From sequence record OZ335963.1: a DNA stretch of 64,000 nucleotides. One strand, written 5' to 3'. Of this stretch, positions 23,333 to 34,841 are shown one piece after another. The stretch's first letter is position 1. Each line of letters begins with the position of its first letter. The DNA comes from a phage. A program made the translations under genes and the position numbers. The notes below the pieces were generated by a model, which searched no databases, was not told the origin of the DNA, and saw only the letters and a program-made list of their open reading frames with translations.

Positions 23333-24250
23333 TCAAAATTCATTAATGCTATTAGTTAATTTAGAAAGACCAGCTTTTACAAAATATGAATAAATTTTGC
23401 CACGCGGTGGTAATTTATATGAATTATAGTAATTCACAATGTTTGAAGCAATATTATCAGGAATATAATCAAAATCAATTAGAACTAAATTTTCTTTATA
23501 TCGATTATATTCAGATTCAGTGAGAAGCACCTTAGCTTGCTCACGGTCATTAGCAATAGCTTCAACAATAGAGGTTTTCATTGAAGGAGTTCGTTCACCT
23601 TCAACTCTGGTAAACCAAAAGTCAGATCGTACTTTAACTGAAGCAACGTTATCCTTTTTGTCGCCTTTAAGGATTTTAGTCATACAGTCAATTTCAGCAG
23701 AACCGCTTTTAATTTTAACCCATTTCTTGTGCATCGGTGACCATTGCTTAACATTTGGGTATTTGTGAAGTTGAGTAAAGTCACCATCCGACGAAATGAT
23801 TAAAATCTTATGTCCTTCTAAAGAGAACTTTTTAACAAGAACAGCAATATGGTCATCTGCTTCATACTTATCAATATCCATAACAATGTATGGCATATAA
23901 GCTTTCAATTCATCTATAACTTTATGACTGGATTCAAAATAACCTTCCCAGTCCCAAGTAGATTCTTCTCGTGCTTTTCCACGGTTTTTCTTATAATAAT
24001 AAGCAAAATCACGACGCCAATATCCGGATTTTGCGTTATCGATACACAGTACAATTTTAGTGTATCCAAGAGTTTTTGCTTTTTTGACATTAAACTTAAT
24101 TGAGTTCAATATCAAATGACGAACCATTGATAAGTTAATTTTTTCTTTATCTGGGAAGTTTACTAGAGCAGTCGAAAGTGCAATTTGACTAAAGTCAATT
24201 AAGCAAATTCCTTCTTTGTAATCTTCATCCAGCATCATTTCTAAATCCAT
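23333..24250 (-). CDS. rnh: RNase H / 5'-3' exonuclease (FEN-like), 305 aa
   Basis: From the internal ATG: MDLEMMLDEDYKEGICLIDFSQIALS...; acidic metal-binding residues of the flap endonuclease family. Confidence 0.9.
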   Translation of the reverse strand: MDLEMMLDEDYKEGICLIDFSQIALSTALVNFPDKEKINLSMVRHLILNSIKFNVKKAKTLGYTKIVLCIDNAKSGYWRRDFAYYYKKNRGKAREESTWDWEGYFESSHKVIDELKAYMPYIVMDIDKYEADDHIAVLVKKFSLEGHKILIISSDGDFTQLHKYPNVKQWSPMHKKWVKIKSGSAEIDCMTKILKGDKKDNVASVKVRSDFWFTRVEGERTPSMKTSIVEAIANDREQAKVLLTESEYNRYKENLVLIDFDYIPDNIASNIVNYYNSYKLPPRGKIYSYFVKAGLSKLTNSINEF

Positions 24251-24312
24251 ATGAACCTCGTTCAATTAGTGAGATTTCTATTATATACTATCCAAATCTT
24301 AAAGTAAACAAG

Positions 24313-24320
24313 TATAAATA
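24313..24320 (+). promoter_or_regulatory. T4-type late promoter TATAAATA upstream of gene 34
   Basis: Exact TATAAATA ~35 nt before the gene 34 ATG. Confidence 0.6.
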
Positions 24321-24354
24321 CTTATTATTGAAAACACAATAGGAGCCCGGGAGA

Positions 24355-27300
24355 ATGGCCGAGATTAAAAGAAAGTTCAGAGCAGAAGACGGTCTGGACG
24401 CAGGTGGCGATAAAATAATCAATGTAGCTTTAGCTGATCGTACCGTAGGAACTGACGGTGTTAACGTTGATTACTTAATTCAAGAAAACACAGTTCAACA
24501 ATATGATCCAACTCGTGGATATTTAAAAGATTTTGTAATCATTTATAATAATCGTTTTTGGGCAGCAACGGATAATATTCCAAAACCTGCTGGAAGTTTT
24601 AATAGAATTCGTTGGAAAGCATTACGTACTGATGCCGTATATACAACCGTATCATCTGGACCGTATCAATTAAAGTCCGGAGAAGCAATTTCAGTAGATA
24701 CATCAGTTGGTAATGACATTGAGTTTACTTTACCACCTTCTCCGCTCGATGGAGAAACAGTAATAATTCAAGATATCGGTGGAAAACCTGGTATAAATCA
24801 GGTTAAAATAAGTTCTTCAAATCAGAGCATTGTTAATTTTAGAGGTGAACAAGTACGTTCAGTTTTAATGACTCATCCAAAGTCACAGATGATATTCATT
24901 TTTAATAATCGTTTGTGGCAAATGTATGTTGCTGATTATAGCAGAGAAGCTGCAATTGTTACTCCATCGACTGCGTATCAAGCGCAATCTAATGATTTTA
25001 TCGTGCGTAGATTTACTTCCGCAGCGCCGATTAATATTAAACTTCCGAAATTTGCTAATCATGGCGATATTATTAATTTCGTTGATTTAGATAAATTAAA
25101 TCCTCTTTATCATACAATTGTCACGACATATGATGAAACAACTTCAGTACAAGAAGTTGGAACTCATTCCATTGAAGGCCGTACATCGATTGACGGTTTC
25201 TTGATGTTTGATGATAATGAAAAATTATGGAGATTGTTTGACGGGGATAGTAAAGCGCGTTTACGTATCATAACGACTAATTCTAATATTCGTCCAAATG
25301 AAGAAGTTATGGTATTTGGTGCGAATAACGGAACAGCCCAAACAATTGAACTTCAACTTCCAACCGATATTTCCATTGGTGATACTGTTAAAATTTCCAT
25401 GAATTACATGAGAAAAGGACAAACAGTTAAAATCAAAGCTGCCGGTGAAGATAAAATTGCTTCTTCAGTTCAATTGCTGCAATTCCCAAAACGCTCAGAA
25501 TATCCACCTGAAGCTGAATGGGTGACTGTTCAAGAATTAGTTTTTAATGGTGAAACTAATTATGTTCCAGTTTTACAGCTTGCTTATATTGAAGATTCTG
25601 ACGGAAAATACTGGGTAGTACAACAAAACGTTCCAACAGTTGAAAGAGTTGATTCTTTAAATAATTCTACTAGAGCAAGATTAGGCGTAATTGCTTTAGC
25701 TACACAAGCCCAAGCTAACGTCGATTTAGAAAATTCTCCACAAAAAGAATTAGCAATTACTCCAGAAACATTAGCTAACCGTACTGCTACAGAAACTCGT
25801 AGAGGTATCGCAAGAATAGCAACTACTGCTCAAGTAAATCAGAACACTACATTCTCTTTTGCTGATGACCTTATCATCACTCCTAAAAAGCTGAATGAAA
25901 GAACTGCTACAGAAACTCGTAGAGGTGTTGCTGAAATTGCTACGCAGCAGGAAACTAATACAGGTACTGATGATACTACAATCATCACTCCTAAAAAGCT
26001 TCAAGCTCGTCAAGGTTCTGAAACATTATCGGGTATTGTAACTTTTGTATCTACCGCAGGAGCTACTCCAGCCTCTAGTCGTGAATTAAATGGTACAAAT
26101 GTTTATAATAAAAATACTAATAATTTAGTTGTTTCGCCTAAAGCTTTGGATCAGTATAAAGCTACTCCAACACAACAAGGCGCAGTAATTTTAGCAGTTG
26201 AAAGTGAAGTAATTGCTGGACAGAGTCAAGAAGGATGGGCAAATGCGGTTGTAACGCCAGAAACGTTACATAAAAAAACATCAACTGATGGAAGAATTGG
26301 TTTAATTGAAATTGCTACGCAAAGCGAAGTTAATACAGGAACTGATTATACTCGCGCAGTCACTCCTAAAACTTTAAATGACCGTAGAGCAACTGAAAGT
26401 TTAAGTGGTATAGCTGAAATTGCTACACAAGTTGAATTCGACGCAGGCGTCGACGATACTCGTATCTCTACACCATTAAAAATTAAAACTAGATTTGATA
26501 GTACTGATCGTACTTCTGTTGTTGCTCTATCTGGATTAGTTGAATCAGGAACTCTCTGGGACCATTATACCCTTAATATTCTTGAAGCAAATGAGACACA
26601 ACGTGGTACACTTCGTGTGGCTACACAAGTTGAAGCTGCTGCAGGAACATTAGATAATGTTTTGATAACTCCTAAAAAGCTTTTAGGTACTAAATCTACT
26701 GAAGCGCAAGAAGGCGTTATTAAAGTTGCAACTCAAGTTGAAACTGTTACTGGAACGTCAGCAAATACTGCTGTATCTCCAAAAAATTTAAAATGGATTG
26801 TGCAGAGTGAACCTACTTGGGCAGCAACTACTTTGGTAAGAGGTTTTGTTAAAACTTCATCTGGTTCAATTACATTCGTTGGTAATGATACAGTTGGTTC
26901 AACACAGTCATTAGACTTGTACGAGAAAAATAGCTATGCAGTATCGCCATATGAATTAAACCGTGTATTAGCAAATTATTTGCCGTTAAAAGCAAAAGCT
27001 GTAGATAGTAATTTATTGGATGGTCTAGATTCATCTCAGTTCATTCGTAGGGATATTGCGCAGACGGTTAATGGTTCACTAACCTTAACACAACAAACGA
27101 ATCTGAGTGCCCCTCTTGTATCATCTAGTACTGCTACGTTTGGTGGATCAGTTTCGGCAAATAGTACATTAACTATTTCTAATACTGGAACGGCAACTCG
27201 TCTGATTTTTGAGAAAGGACCTCAAACTGGAACGAACCCAGCGCAGACGATGACAGTCAGAGTGTGGGGAAATCAATTCAGCGGTGAATCGGACACAACA

Positions 27301-28224
27301 CGTTCTACTGTATTTGAAGTTAGTGATGAAACTTCTAGTCATTTTTATTCTCAGCGTAATAAAGCTGGTAATATAACATTTAATATCAATGGTACAGTAA
27401 CGCCGATAAATGTTAATGCTTCAGGAACATTGAATGCGAATGGCGTAGCAACATTCGGCAGTTCGGTTACTGCTAATGGCGAATTTATCAGTAAATCATC
27501 GAATGCTTTTAGAGCAATAAACGGTGATTATGGATTCTTTATTCGTAATGATGGTGCTAACACCTATTTTATGCTTACTGCATCTGGTGATCAGACCGGT
27601 GGATTTAATGGATTACGTCCTTTAACTATTAATAATGCATCTGGTCAAGTAACGATTGGTGAAAGCTTGATCATTGCTAAAGGTGCTACTATAAATTCAG
27701 GTGGTTTAACTGTTAACTCGAGAATTCGTTCTCAGGGTACTAAAACCTCTGATTTATATACCCGTGCGCCAACATCTGATACTGTAGGATTCTGGTCAAT
27801 CGATATTAATGATTCAGCCACTTATAACCAGTTCCCGGGTTATTTTAAGATGGTTGAAAAAACTAATGAAGTGACTGGGCTTCCATACTTAGAACGTGGT
27901 GAAGAAGTTAAATCTCCTGGTACATTGACCCAGTTTGGTAACACACTTGATTCGCTTTACCAAGATTGGATTACTTATCCAACGACTCCAGAAGCACGTA
28001 CCACTCGCTGGACACGTACATGGCAGAAAACCAAAAACTCTTGGTCAAGTTTTGTTCAGGTATTTGACGGAGGTAACCCTCCTCAACCTTCAGATATAGG
28101 AGCGATCCCATCTGATAACGGAATAATAGGTAATCTTACTATTCGCGATTTCTTACGAATTGGTAATGTTCGCATTATTCCTGACCCAGTGAATAAAACT
28201 GTTAAATTTGAGTGGATTGAATAA
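24355..28224 (+). CDS. 34: long tail fibre proximal subunit gp34, 1289 aa
   Basis: 1289-aa ORF with internal ~40-aa repeats, first gene of the plus-strand fibre block. Confidence 0.95.
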   Translation: MAEIKRKFRAEDGLDAGGDKIINVALADRTVGTDGVNVDYLIQENTVQQYDPTRGYLKDFVIIYNNRFWAATDNIPKPAGSFNRIRWKALRTDAVYTTVSSGPYQLKSGEAISVDTSVGNDIEFTLPPSPLDGETVIIQDIGGKPGINQVKISSSNQSIVNFRGEQVRSVLMTHPKSQMIFIFNNRLWQMYVADYSREAAIVTPSTAYQAQSNDFIVRRFTSAAPINIKLPKFANHGDIINFVDLDKLNPLYHTIVTTYDETTSVQEVGTHSIEGRTSIDGFLMFDDNEKLWRLFDGDSKARLRIITTNSNIRPNEEVMVFGANNGTAQTIELQLPTDISIGDTVKISMNYMRKGQTVKIKAAGEDKIASSVQLLQFPKRSEYPPEAEWVTVQELVFNGETNYVPVLQLAYIEDSDGKYWVVQQNVPTVERVDSLNNSTRARLGVIALATQAQANVDLENSPQKELAITPETLANRTATETRRGIARIATTAQVNQNTTFSFADDLIITPKKLNERTATETRRGVAEIATQQETNTGTDDTTIITPKKLQARQGSETLSGIVTFVSTAGATPASSRELNGTNVYNKNTNNLVVSPKALDQYKATPTQQGAVILAVESEVIAGQSQEGWANAVVTPETLHKKTSTDGRIGLIEIATQSEVNTGTDYTRAVTPKTLNDRRATESLSGIAEIATQVEFDAGVDDTRISTPLKIKTRFDSTDRTSVVALSGLVESGTLWDHYTLNILEANETQRGTLRVATQVEAAAGTLDNVLITPKKLLGTKSTEAQEGVIKVATQVETVTGTSANTAVSPKNLKWIVQSEPTWAATTLVRGFVKTSSGSITFVGNDTVGSTQSLDLYEKNSYAVSPYELNRVLANYLPLKAKAVDSNLLDGLDSSQFIRRDIAQTVNGSLTLTQQTNLSAPLVSSSTATFGGSVSANSTLTISNTGTATRLIFEKGPQTGTNPAQTMTVRVWGNQFSGESDTTRSTVFEVSDETSSHFYSQRNKAGNITFNINGTVTPINVNASGTLNANGVATFGSSVTANGEFISKSSNAFRAINGDYGFFIRNDGANTYFMLTASGDQTGGFNGLRPLTINNASGQVTIGESLIIAKGATINSGGLTVNSRIRSQGTKTSDLYTRAPTSDTVGFWSIDINDSATYNQFPGYFKMVEKTNEVTGLPYLERGEEVKSPGTLTQFGNTLDSLYQDWITYPTTPEARTTRWTRTWQKTKNSWSSFVQVFDGGNPPQPSDIGAIPSDNGIIGNLTIRDFLRIGNVRIIPDPVNKTVKFEWIE

Positions 28225-28232
28225 GAGGTATT

Positions 28233-29348
28233 ATGGAAAAATTTATGGCAGAGTTTGGACAAGGATATGTCCAAACGCCATTTTTATCGGAAAGTAATTC
28301 AGTAAGATACAAAATAAGTATAGCGGGTTCTTGCCCGCTTTCCACAGCAGGACCGTATGTTAAATTTCAAGATAACCCAGTTGGAAATCAAACATTTAGT
28401 GCAGGTCTTCATTTAAGAGTTTTTGATCCTTCTACGGGAGCATTAGTTGATAGTAAGTCATATGCTTTTTCTACTTCAAATAATACTACATCAGCTGCTT
28501 TTGTTAGTTTCATGAATTCTTTGTCAAACAATAGACTTGCTGCTATATTGACTAGCGGAAAGGTTAATTTTCCTCCTGAAGTGGTATCTTGGCTAAGGAA
28601 AGCAGGAACTTCAGTTTTTCCATCAGATTCAGTATTGTCAAGATTTGACGTATCATATGCTGCTTTTTACACTTCTTCTAAAAGAGCTATTGCATTAGAA
28701 CATGTTAAACTAAGTAATAGAAAAAGCACAGATGATTATCAAACTATTTTAGATGTTGTATTTGACAGCTTAGAAGATGTTGGGGCGACAGGATTTCCTA
28801 AAAGAACATATGAAAGTGTCGAGCAATTTATGTCAGCGGTTGGTGGAACTAATAACGAAATTGCGCGATTGCCAACTTCAGCTGCTATAAGTAAACTTTC
28901 TGACTATAATTTAATTCCTGGTGATGTTCTTTATCTTAAAGCACAGTTATATGCTGATGCTGATTTACTTGATCTTGGAACTACAAATATATCCATTCGT
29001 TTTTATGATGCATCAAATGGATATATTTCTTCGACACAGGCTGAGTTTACTGGACAAGCTGGATCTTGGGAATTAAAGGAAGATTATGTAGTTGTTCCTG
29101 AAAATGCAGTCGGATTTACGATATATGCACAGAGAACTGCTCAAGCTGGTCAAGGCGGCATGAGGAATTTAAGTTTTTCTGAAGTGTCAAGAAATGGCGG
29201 CATTTCAAAACCTGCCGAATTTGGCGTCAATGGTATTCGCGTTAATTATGTCTGTGAATCGGCTTCACCTCCAGATATAATGGTACTTCCTACACAAGCA
29301 TCGTCTAAAACTGGCAAAGTATTTGGGCAAGAATTTAGAGAAGTTTAA
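28233..29348 (+). CDS. 35: long tail fibre hinge connector gp35, 371 aa
   Basis: Position and size in the 34-35-36-37 block; AGAGG SD. Confidence 0.9.
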   Translation: MEKFMAEFGQGYVQTPFLSESNSVRYKISIAGSCPLSTAGPYVKFQDNPVGNQTFSAGLHLRVFDPSTGALVDSKSYAFSTSNNTTSAAFVSFMNSLSNNRLAAILTSGKVNFPPEVVSWLRKAGTSVFPSDSVLSRFDVSYAAFYTSSKRAIALEHVKLSNRKSTDDYQTILDVVFDSLEDVGATGFPKRTYESVEQFMSAVGGTNNEIARLPTSAAISKLSDYNLIPGDVLYLKAQLYADADLLDLGTTNISIRFYDASNGYISSTQAEFTGQAGSWELKEDYVVVPENAVGFTIYAQRTAQAGQGGMRNLSFSEVSRNGGISKPAEFGVNGIRVNYVCESASPPDIMVLPTQASSKTGKVFGQEFREV

Positions 29349-29353
29349 ACTGA

Positions 29354-29378
29354 GGGAGCCTTCGGGTTCCCTTTTTCT
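29354..29378 (+). terminator. GGGAGCC-UUCG-GGUUCCC hairpin plus U-run after gene 35
   Basis: Stem with one G-U pair, UUCG loop, followed by TTTTTCTTT. Confidence 0.55.
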
Positions 29379-29379
29379 T

Positions 29380-29387
29380 TATAAATA
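29380..29387 (+). promoter_or_regulatory. T4-type late promoter TATAAATA upstream of gene 36
   Basis: Exact TATAAATA ~25 nt before the gene 36 ATG. Confidence 0.6.
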
Positions 29388-29410
29388 ATATTAAAATAAA
29401 GGGGCATATA

Positions 29411-30061
29411 ATGGCTGATTTAAAAGTAGGTTCAACTGTGGGTGGATCTGTCATTTGGCATCAAGGAAATTTTCCATTGAATTCAGCCGGTGACGATGTA
29501 CTCTACAAATCATTTAAAATATATTCAGAATATAATAAACCGCAGGCAGCTGATAACGATTTCGTTTCTAAAGCTAATGGTGGTACTTACACCGGTCCAG
29601 TTACTATTAATTATGGTGTAAATAGTTATCTTCAATTAAGTAATAATGAAACCCCCATTCGAATTCGTTCTGGTGGCGGTACCGGTAATACTCTTGTAGT
29701 TGGCGGCTCTTCTGGCGGTATTAGTTTTAGACCTGCAGGTAGTGAAATCACAACTGGACAAATTACTATTACGCAAGAAGGTTTGACAACATTTACTAGG
29801 GCTGTAACGGCTCCATCTGTAACTGTTACATCTACTCCTTCCGCAGCATCTGATGTTACTCGTAAAGATTATGTTGATGGAGCAATAAATACTGTTACAG
29901 CAAATGCAAACTCTAGAGTGTTACGATCTGGTGACACCATGACAGGAAATTTAACTGCGCCAAACCTTTTTTCACAGAATCCTGCATCTCAACCTTCACA
30001 CGTTCCACGATTTGACCAAATCGTAATTAAGGATTCTGTTCAAGATTTCGGCTATTATTAA
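29411..30061 (+). CDS. 36: long tail fibre distal connector gp36, 216 aa
   Basis: Position and size. Confidence 0.9.
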   Translation: MADLKVGSTVGGSVIWHQGNFPLNSAGDDVLYKSFKIYSEYNKPQAADNDFVSKANGGTYTGPVTINYGVNSYLQLSNNETPIRIRSGGGTGNTLVVGGSSGGISFRPAGSEITTGQITITQEGLTTFTRAVTAPSVTVTSTPSAASDVTRKDYVDGAINTVTANANSRVLRSGDTMTGNLTAPNLFSQNPASQPSHVPRFDQIVIKDSVQDFGYY

Positions 30062-30069
30062 GAGGACTT

Positions 30070-33036
30070 ATGGCTACTTTAAAACAAATACAATTTAAAA
30101 GAAGCAAAACTGCAGGTCAACTTCCTGCTGCTTCAGTATTAGCCGAAGGTGAATTGGCTATTAATTTAAAAGATAAAACAATTTTCACAAAAGATGACTC
30201 AGGCAATGTTATAGAATTAGGTTTAAAATATGGAGGAACAATTGATGGTTCTTTAACTGTTAATGGAAATATAATTGGAAATTTAACAGGTAACGCTGCA
30301 ACTGCAACGAAATTAAAAACAGCACGAAAAATTAATGGTATATCCTTTGATGGGTCAAAAGATATCACGCTAACTCCATCTGACATAAATGTCAATAGCA
30401 CAACGTTTATAAAAAATAACGGCGAATTACCGGTTGATGCTAATTTAGATGAGTATGGGCCTGTTGAAGAATATCTTGGAGTTTGGTCGAAAGCAACTTC
30501 AACCAACGCTCAACCAGCAAATAAATTTCCAGAAGACAATGCTGTAGGTGTGCTAGAAGTATTTGTGGCCGGTCAATTTGCTGGTACTCAGAGATATACA
30601 ACTAGATACGGAAATGTTTATATTCGTTCCTTGACTGCTACATGGAACGGAGTAAATGGTCCGTGGAGTGTGTGGCGAAATATTCAATCCGGTACTCGTC
30701 CACTGTCAACAACAATTGATCTTAATGATCTAGGAGGCGCTGAACACCTTGGTTTGTGGCGAAATAGTTCAAATTCCATTGCTACATTTGACAGAAATTT
30801 CCCAGAAGAGGGGTCGTCAGCTCAAGGTCTTTTGGAAGTATATGAAGGTGGAAACTATTCTCGTACACAAAGATATACAACCAGATTTGGTGTTGTTTAT
30901 ACTCGTTGTCTTGCTGCCGCGTGGGATTCTACTGCGCCTAAATGGGGACCGTGGCAACAAGTCGGTAATGTCACACCAGCGACTTTTTATGATGGAGATC
31001 TGAATGATTTTAAAACTCCTGGGTTATATAATATTTTAGGCACTGATGCCGTTATTAATTGTCCTACAGGCGAAGGTTTACCAGCCGTTATTGTTGGTTT
31101 GCTGGAAGTTAAACAGCGTGCTTCTGGTGGTGCTATTTTCCAAAAATTTACTACTGCCGGAACAGGTGCAACTACCCGCGATCGTATTTTTGAGCGCGCA
31201 TATACCGGCGGTGTGTGGGGTGAATGGAACGAAGTATACACATCTTATTCTCTACCAATTACTTTGGGTATGGGCGGTATTAAATCTAACTTAGCAGAGT
31301 TAGACTGGCAAGCATTTGATTTTGTTCCTGGTAGTATGTTTAGCGTTCCTTTGAACAAAATAAAGAACATGCCAGCTAATATGGATTGGGGTACGATTGA
31401 CGGAAACTTAATTATGTTTTCTGTTGGTCCTAGCGAGCACACCAGTACAGGACGTACTGTTCAAGTTTGGCGTGGAACTGTATCCCAGACAAACTATCGT
31501 TATTTTGTCGTTCGTGTATTCGGTAATCCAGGGAGTAGAACATGTACAGTTCGACGCGTTGTTCTTGAAGACGGATCACATACTTGGACTGCTAAACAAG
31601 ATTTTAATGGCGCAGTTAACTTTAACTCTACTGTTAACCTTAATAACACTACCACATTTAAAACAGAAGTTAAATTCCGCTCGTTGAATGCATTCCGTAT
31701 GTATGGCGGAAAATTTGGTACATTTTTACGTAATGATGGAGAGAGTCTTTATATTCTTTCCACCGACGAAGATGATCAAGATGGAAACTTTAATACAAAT
31801 AGACCTTTCCGTTATGAATTAAGAACTGGTGATGTTACTTTAGGTGGTACTAGTGGTGCTAACGTTTTAAAATTAAAACGTGATTCTCTCACCGCATTTT
31901 TTGGTGGTGATATTAACATGAAAGGCTTGCTGACTTTTGACGCCGGACGTTTAGGATCACGAGATTATTTTAAATTTAACCATTGGGGTGATAGTAATAA
32001 TGCGCGTGATAACATTATTCAGTTAGAAGACAGCAAAGGCGCTCATTTTTCCACTGAACGTACTTTAGCGACTGGTGCAATTAAGACTAAATTTTTTGGT
32101 GAAATTGAATCCGATGGTAAATTGGTTATTAAACGTCCGGGTGATTCTATTGTATTATCAACAACTGCTAGTAATTCTTTGCATATTCGTGGTGACATAG
32201 ACGGGACTGGTAACTGGTATATTGGTAAGGGTGGTGCTGATAATGGATTAGCGTTATATAGTTATGCTACTAATGCTGGTGTATACATTACAAACGCAGG
32301 AGATATCACGCTAAGTCCAAAAGGCGTCGAAATGGCCCATGTCAATAACGTTCGATTATATGTTCACGGTGAACGTTGGACTGCTAGTCAACCAGGTGAT
32401 TGGGGTAGTCAGTGGCAAGTGGAAGCGCCAATATTCGTCGATCATGGTTATGTTTCACAGGATTGTTATTATCCAATTATTAAAGGAAGAAGTGTAATCA
32501 CCAATCAAGGGTTTGTAACTGCCGTCGATCTTGGTATTCGTCGTGTCAATAACAATTGGGGACAAGCAATTATTCGTGTTGGATCTGCGGAGGCATCGCC
32601 AGCGGCTGGACACCCTAACGCGGTATTTGAATTTCATTACGACGGTACTTTCTATTCTCCTGGTAATGGTAACTTTAACGATGTGTATATTCGTTCCGAT
32701 GGTCGTCTTAAGATTAATAAAAAAGAGCTAGAAAACGGAGCACTTGAAAAAGTATGCCGACTGAAAGTTTATACATACGATAAGGTTAAGTCTATTAAAG
32801 ATCGTAGTGTTATTAAACGTGAAGTTGGTATTATTGCTCAGGATCTTGAAAAAGAATTACCAGAAGCTGTGTCTAAAGTTGAAGTTGATGGATCTGATGT
32901 TCTGACAATTTCTAACTCCGCTGTGAATGCTCTTTTAATTAAGGCTATCCAAGAAATGAGCGAAGAAATTAAAGAATTGAAAACGCCTTTCTTCACTAAA
33001 ATTGCTCGCAAAATTAGTAATTATTTTAAATTCTAA
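30070..33036 (+). CDS. 37: long tail fibre distal subunit gp37 with C-terminal intramolecular-chaperone-like domain, 988 aa
   Basis: N-terminus [13 protein letters not shown]...[18 protein letters not shown] matches gp37; C-terminal ~115 aa ([18 protein letters not shown]...) resembles self-cleaving chaperone domains of other phage fibres. Confidence 0.9.
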   Translation: MATLKQIQFKRSKTAGQLPAASVLAEGELAINLKDKTIFTKDDSGNVIELGLKYGGTIDGSLTVNGNIIGNLTGNAATATKLKTARKINGISFDGSKDITLTPSDINVNSTTFIKNNGELPVDANLDEYGPVEEYLGVWSKATSTNAQPANKFPEDNAVGVLEVFVAGQFAGTQRYTTRYGNVYIRSLTATWNGVNGPWSVWRNIQSGTRPLSTTIDLNDLGGAEHLGLWRNSSNSIATFDRNFPEEGSSAQGLLEVYEGGNYSRTQRYTTRFGVVYTRCLAAAWDSTAPKWGPWQQVGNVTPATFYDGDLNDFKTPGLYNILGTDAVINCPTGEGLPAVIVGLLEVKQRASGGAIFQKFTTAGTGATTRDRIFERAYTGGVWGEWNEVYTSYSLPITLGMGGIKSNLAELDWQAFDFVPGSMFSVPLNKIKNMPANMDWGTIDGNLIMFSVGPSEHTSTGRTVQVWRGTVSQTNYRYFVVRVFGNPGSRTCTVRRVVLEDGSHTWTAKQDFNGAVNFNSTVNLNNTTTFKTEVKFRSLNAFRMYGGKFGTFLRNDGESLYILSTDEDDQDGNFNTNRPFRYELRTGDVTLGGTSGANVLKLKRDSLTAFFGGDINMKGLLTFDAGRLGSRDYFKFNHWGDSNNARDNIIQLEDSKGAHFSTERTLATGAIKTKFFGEIESDGKLVIKRPGDSIVLSTTASNSLHIRGDIDGTGNWYIGKGGADNGLALYSYATNAGVYITNAGDITLSPKGVEMAHVNNVRLYVHGERWTASQPGDWGSQWQVEAPIFVDHGYVSQDCYYPIIKGRSVITNQGFVTAVDLGIRRVNNNWGQAIIRVGSAEASPAAGHPNAVFEFHYDGTFYSPGNGNFNDVYIRSDGRLKINKKELENGALEKVCRLKVYTYDKVKSIKDRSVIKREVGIIAQDLEKELPEAVSKVEVDGSDVLTISNSAVNALLIKAIQEMSEEIKELKTPFFTKIARKISNYFKF

Positions 33037-33068
33037 CAACAAGGGGCTTTGCCCCTTTGGAGAAAATT

Positions 33069-33869
33069 ATGGCAGTAGTTGGTGTTCCCGGTTGGATTGG
33101 AAGTTCATCTGTAAATGAAACAGGACAACGATGGATGAGTCAAGCGGCTGGTCAATTAAGATTGGGTGTTCCTTGCTGGATGAGCCAATTCGCCGGACGC
33201 TCAAGAGAGATTATTCATACCGTAACAGCAAACCATAACTTTAATGGTCAATGGTTCCGCGACCGTTGCTTTGAAGCTGGCGGTGCACCCATTGTATTCA
33301 ATATTGTTGGTGATATCGTTTCTTATTCTAAAGATGTGCCACTTTTCTTTATGTATGGGGATACGCCTAATGAATATGTTGTTCTTAATATTCATGGTGG
33401 TGTTCATATGTGGGGTCGTGGTGGTAATGGTGGATACACTCACTCAGGAGGCGACGGTAACGGTACACAAGGCGGTCATGTTATTCAAAATGATATCGGT
33501 GGACGGCTTCGTATTTGGAACTACGGTGTTATAGCTGCTGGGGGTGGCGGCGGTGGTGGTATTGCATATCGTCCACACTCAGGGGCAAACTGGCAAGATA
33601 TCGGCGGCGGTGGTGGTCGACCTTTCGGTGGCGCAGGCGGCGGCGGTTATTCCGGTGGTGCTGCTTCGTATGAAGGTCCGGGTGGTGGTTATGACTATGG
33701 TAACGCACACTCCGGCGCAGGCGGTAATGCTGGTGCTGCTGGTCAGAATGCATGGTATGACGGCGGTAAAGTTCTTAAAGTTGGTGTTGGTGGTGCGTCT
33801 GGTCATGCAGTGTTTGGGTCTTCTCCAACTTGGGGTGCTGTTGGAACAATTTACGGACCAAGAGTATAA
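33069..33869 (+). CDS. 38: T2-type gp38 tail fibre tip adhesin with glycine-rich motifs, ~266 aa
   Basis: [13 protein letters not shown]... N-terminus and several poly-Gly tracts (GGGGGGG, GGGGG, GGGG); GGAG SD 7 nt before ATG at 33069. Not the short T4-type chaperone gp38. Confidence 0.8.
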   Translation: MAVVGVPGWIGSSSVNETGQRWMSQAAGQLRLGVPCWMSQFAGRSREIIHTVTANHNFNGQWFRDRCFEAGGAPIVFNIVGDIVSYSKDVPLFFMYGDTPNEYVVLNIHGGVHMWGRGGNGGYTHSGGDGNGTQGGHVIQNDIGGRLRIWNYGVIAAGGGGGGGIAYRPHSGANWQDIGGGGGRPFGGAGGGGYSGGAASYEGPGGGYDYGNAHSGAGGNAGAAGQNAWYDGGKVLKVGVGGASGHAVFGSSPTWGAVGTIYGPRV

Positions 33870-33899
33870 TTTGAATAAATATCTTTAAAAGGAGGGTCT

Positions 33900-34556
33900 A
33901 TGGCAGCACCTAGAATATCATTTTCGCCCTCTGGTATTCTGTTTGGTGTTCTGGATCGCTTGTTCAAAGATAACGCTACCGGGAAGGTTCTTGCTTCCCG
34001 AGTAGCTGTCGTAATTCTTTTATTTATGATGGCGATTGTTTGGTATAGGGGAGATAGTTTCTTTGAGTACTATAAGCAATCAAAGTATGAAACATACAGT
34101 GAAATTATTGAAAAGGAAAGAAACGCACGCTTTGAATCTGTCGCCCTGGAACAACTCCAGATAGTTCATATATCATCTGAGGCAGACTTTAGTGTGGTGT
34201 ATTCTTTCCGCCCTAAAAACTTAAACTATTTTGTTGATATTATAGCATATGAAGGAAAATTACCTTCAACAATAAGTGAAAAATCACTTGGAGGATATCC
34301 TGTTGATAAAACTATGGATGAATATGCAGTTCATTTAAATGGACGTCATTATTATTCCAACTCAAAATTTGCTTTTTTACCAACCAAAAAGCCTACTCCC
34401 GAAATAAATTACATGTACAGTTGTCCATATTTTAATTTGGATAACATCTATGCTGGAACAATAACCATGTACTGGTATAGAAATGATCATATAAGTAATG
34501 ACCGCCTTGAATCAATATGTGCTCAGGCGGCCAGAATATTAGGAAGGGCTAAATAA
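33900..34556 (+). CDS. t: holin T, 218 aa
   Basis: MAAPRISFSPSGILFGVLDRLFKDNATGKVLASRVAVVILLFMMAIVWY... with single TM segment and large C-terminal domain; AAGGAGG SD. Confidence 0.9.
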   Translation: MAAPRISFSPSGILFGVLDRLFKDNATGKVLASRVAVVILLFMMAIVWYRGDSFFEYYKQSKYETYSEIIEKERNARFESVALEQLQIVHISSEADFSVVYSFRPKNLNYFVDIIAYEGKLPSTISEKSLGGYPVDKTMDEYAVHLNGRHYYSNSKFAFLPTKKPTPEINYMYSCPYFNLDNIYAGTITMYWYRNDHISNDRLESICAQAARILGRAK

Positions 34557-34829
34557 TTATTTGTTCGTATACATCTCTAGATATCGATATACACCCTCAA
34601 AACCCTCGTTGAATTCGTCGATGAGGGTTTTCTTATCTTCTTGAGTTAATTCAGAAACAATTTTACGGAATGAATTCTGATTTAACTTTCTACCTTCATG
34701 CGTTACTCCAATCTCATTCAGAAATGCGATAAAATTAGCACGATTCTCAACAATATCTTCTCTGGAAAATTTAATCAAAATAGACGCAACAGTAATAATT
34801 TCACGAACTGTATCAATGTTTTTATTCAT
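34557..34829 (-). CDS. asiA: anti-sigma70 factor AsiA, 90 aa
   Basis: MNKNIDTVREIITVASILIKFSREDIVENRANFIAFLNEIGVTHEGRKLNQNSF... matches T4 AsiA. Confidence 0.9.
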   Translation of the reverse strand: MNKNIDTVREIITVASILIKFSREDIVENRANFIAFLNEIGVTHEGRKLNQNSFRKIVSELTQEDKKTLIDEFNEGFEGVYRYLEMYTNK

Positions 34830-34841
34830 TAACTATACCAC

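Noticed and set aside
25771-26013. 80-aa minus-strand ORF inside gene 34, and similar ones inside gene 37 (30117-30506, 30987-31241, 31245-31442)
   Set aside because: Antisense to long, well-supported tail fibre genes.
33201-33888. Several His-, Thr- or Val-rich ORFs on both strands inside gene 38
   Set aside because: By-products of the GGN-repeat DNA encoding gp38 poly-glycine tracts; highly biased composition.
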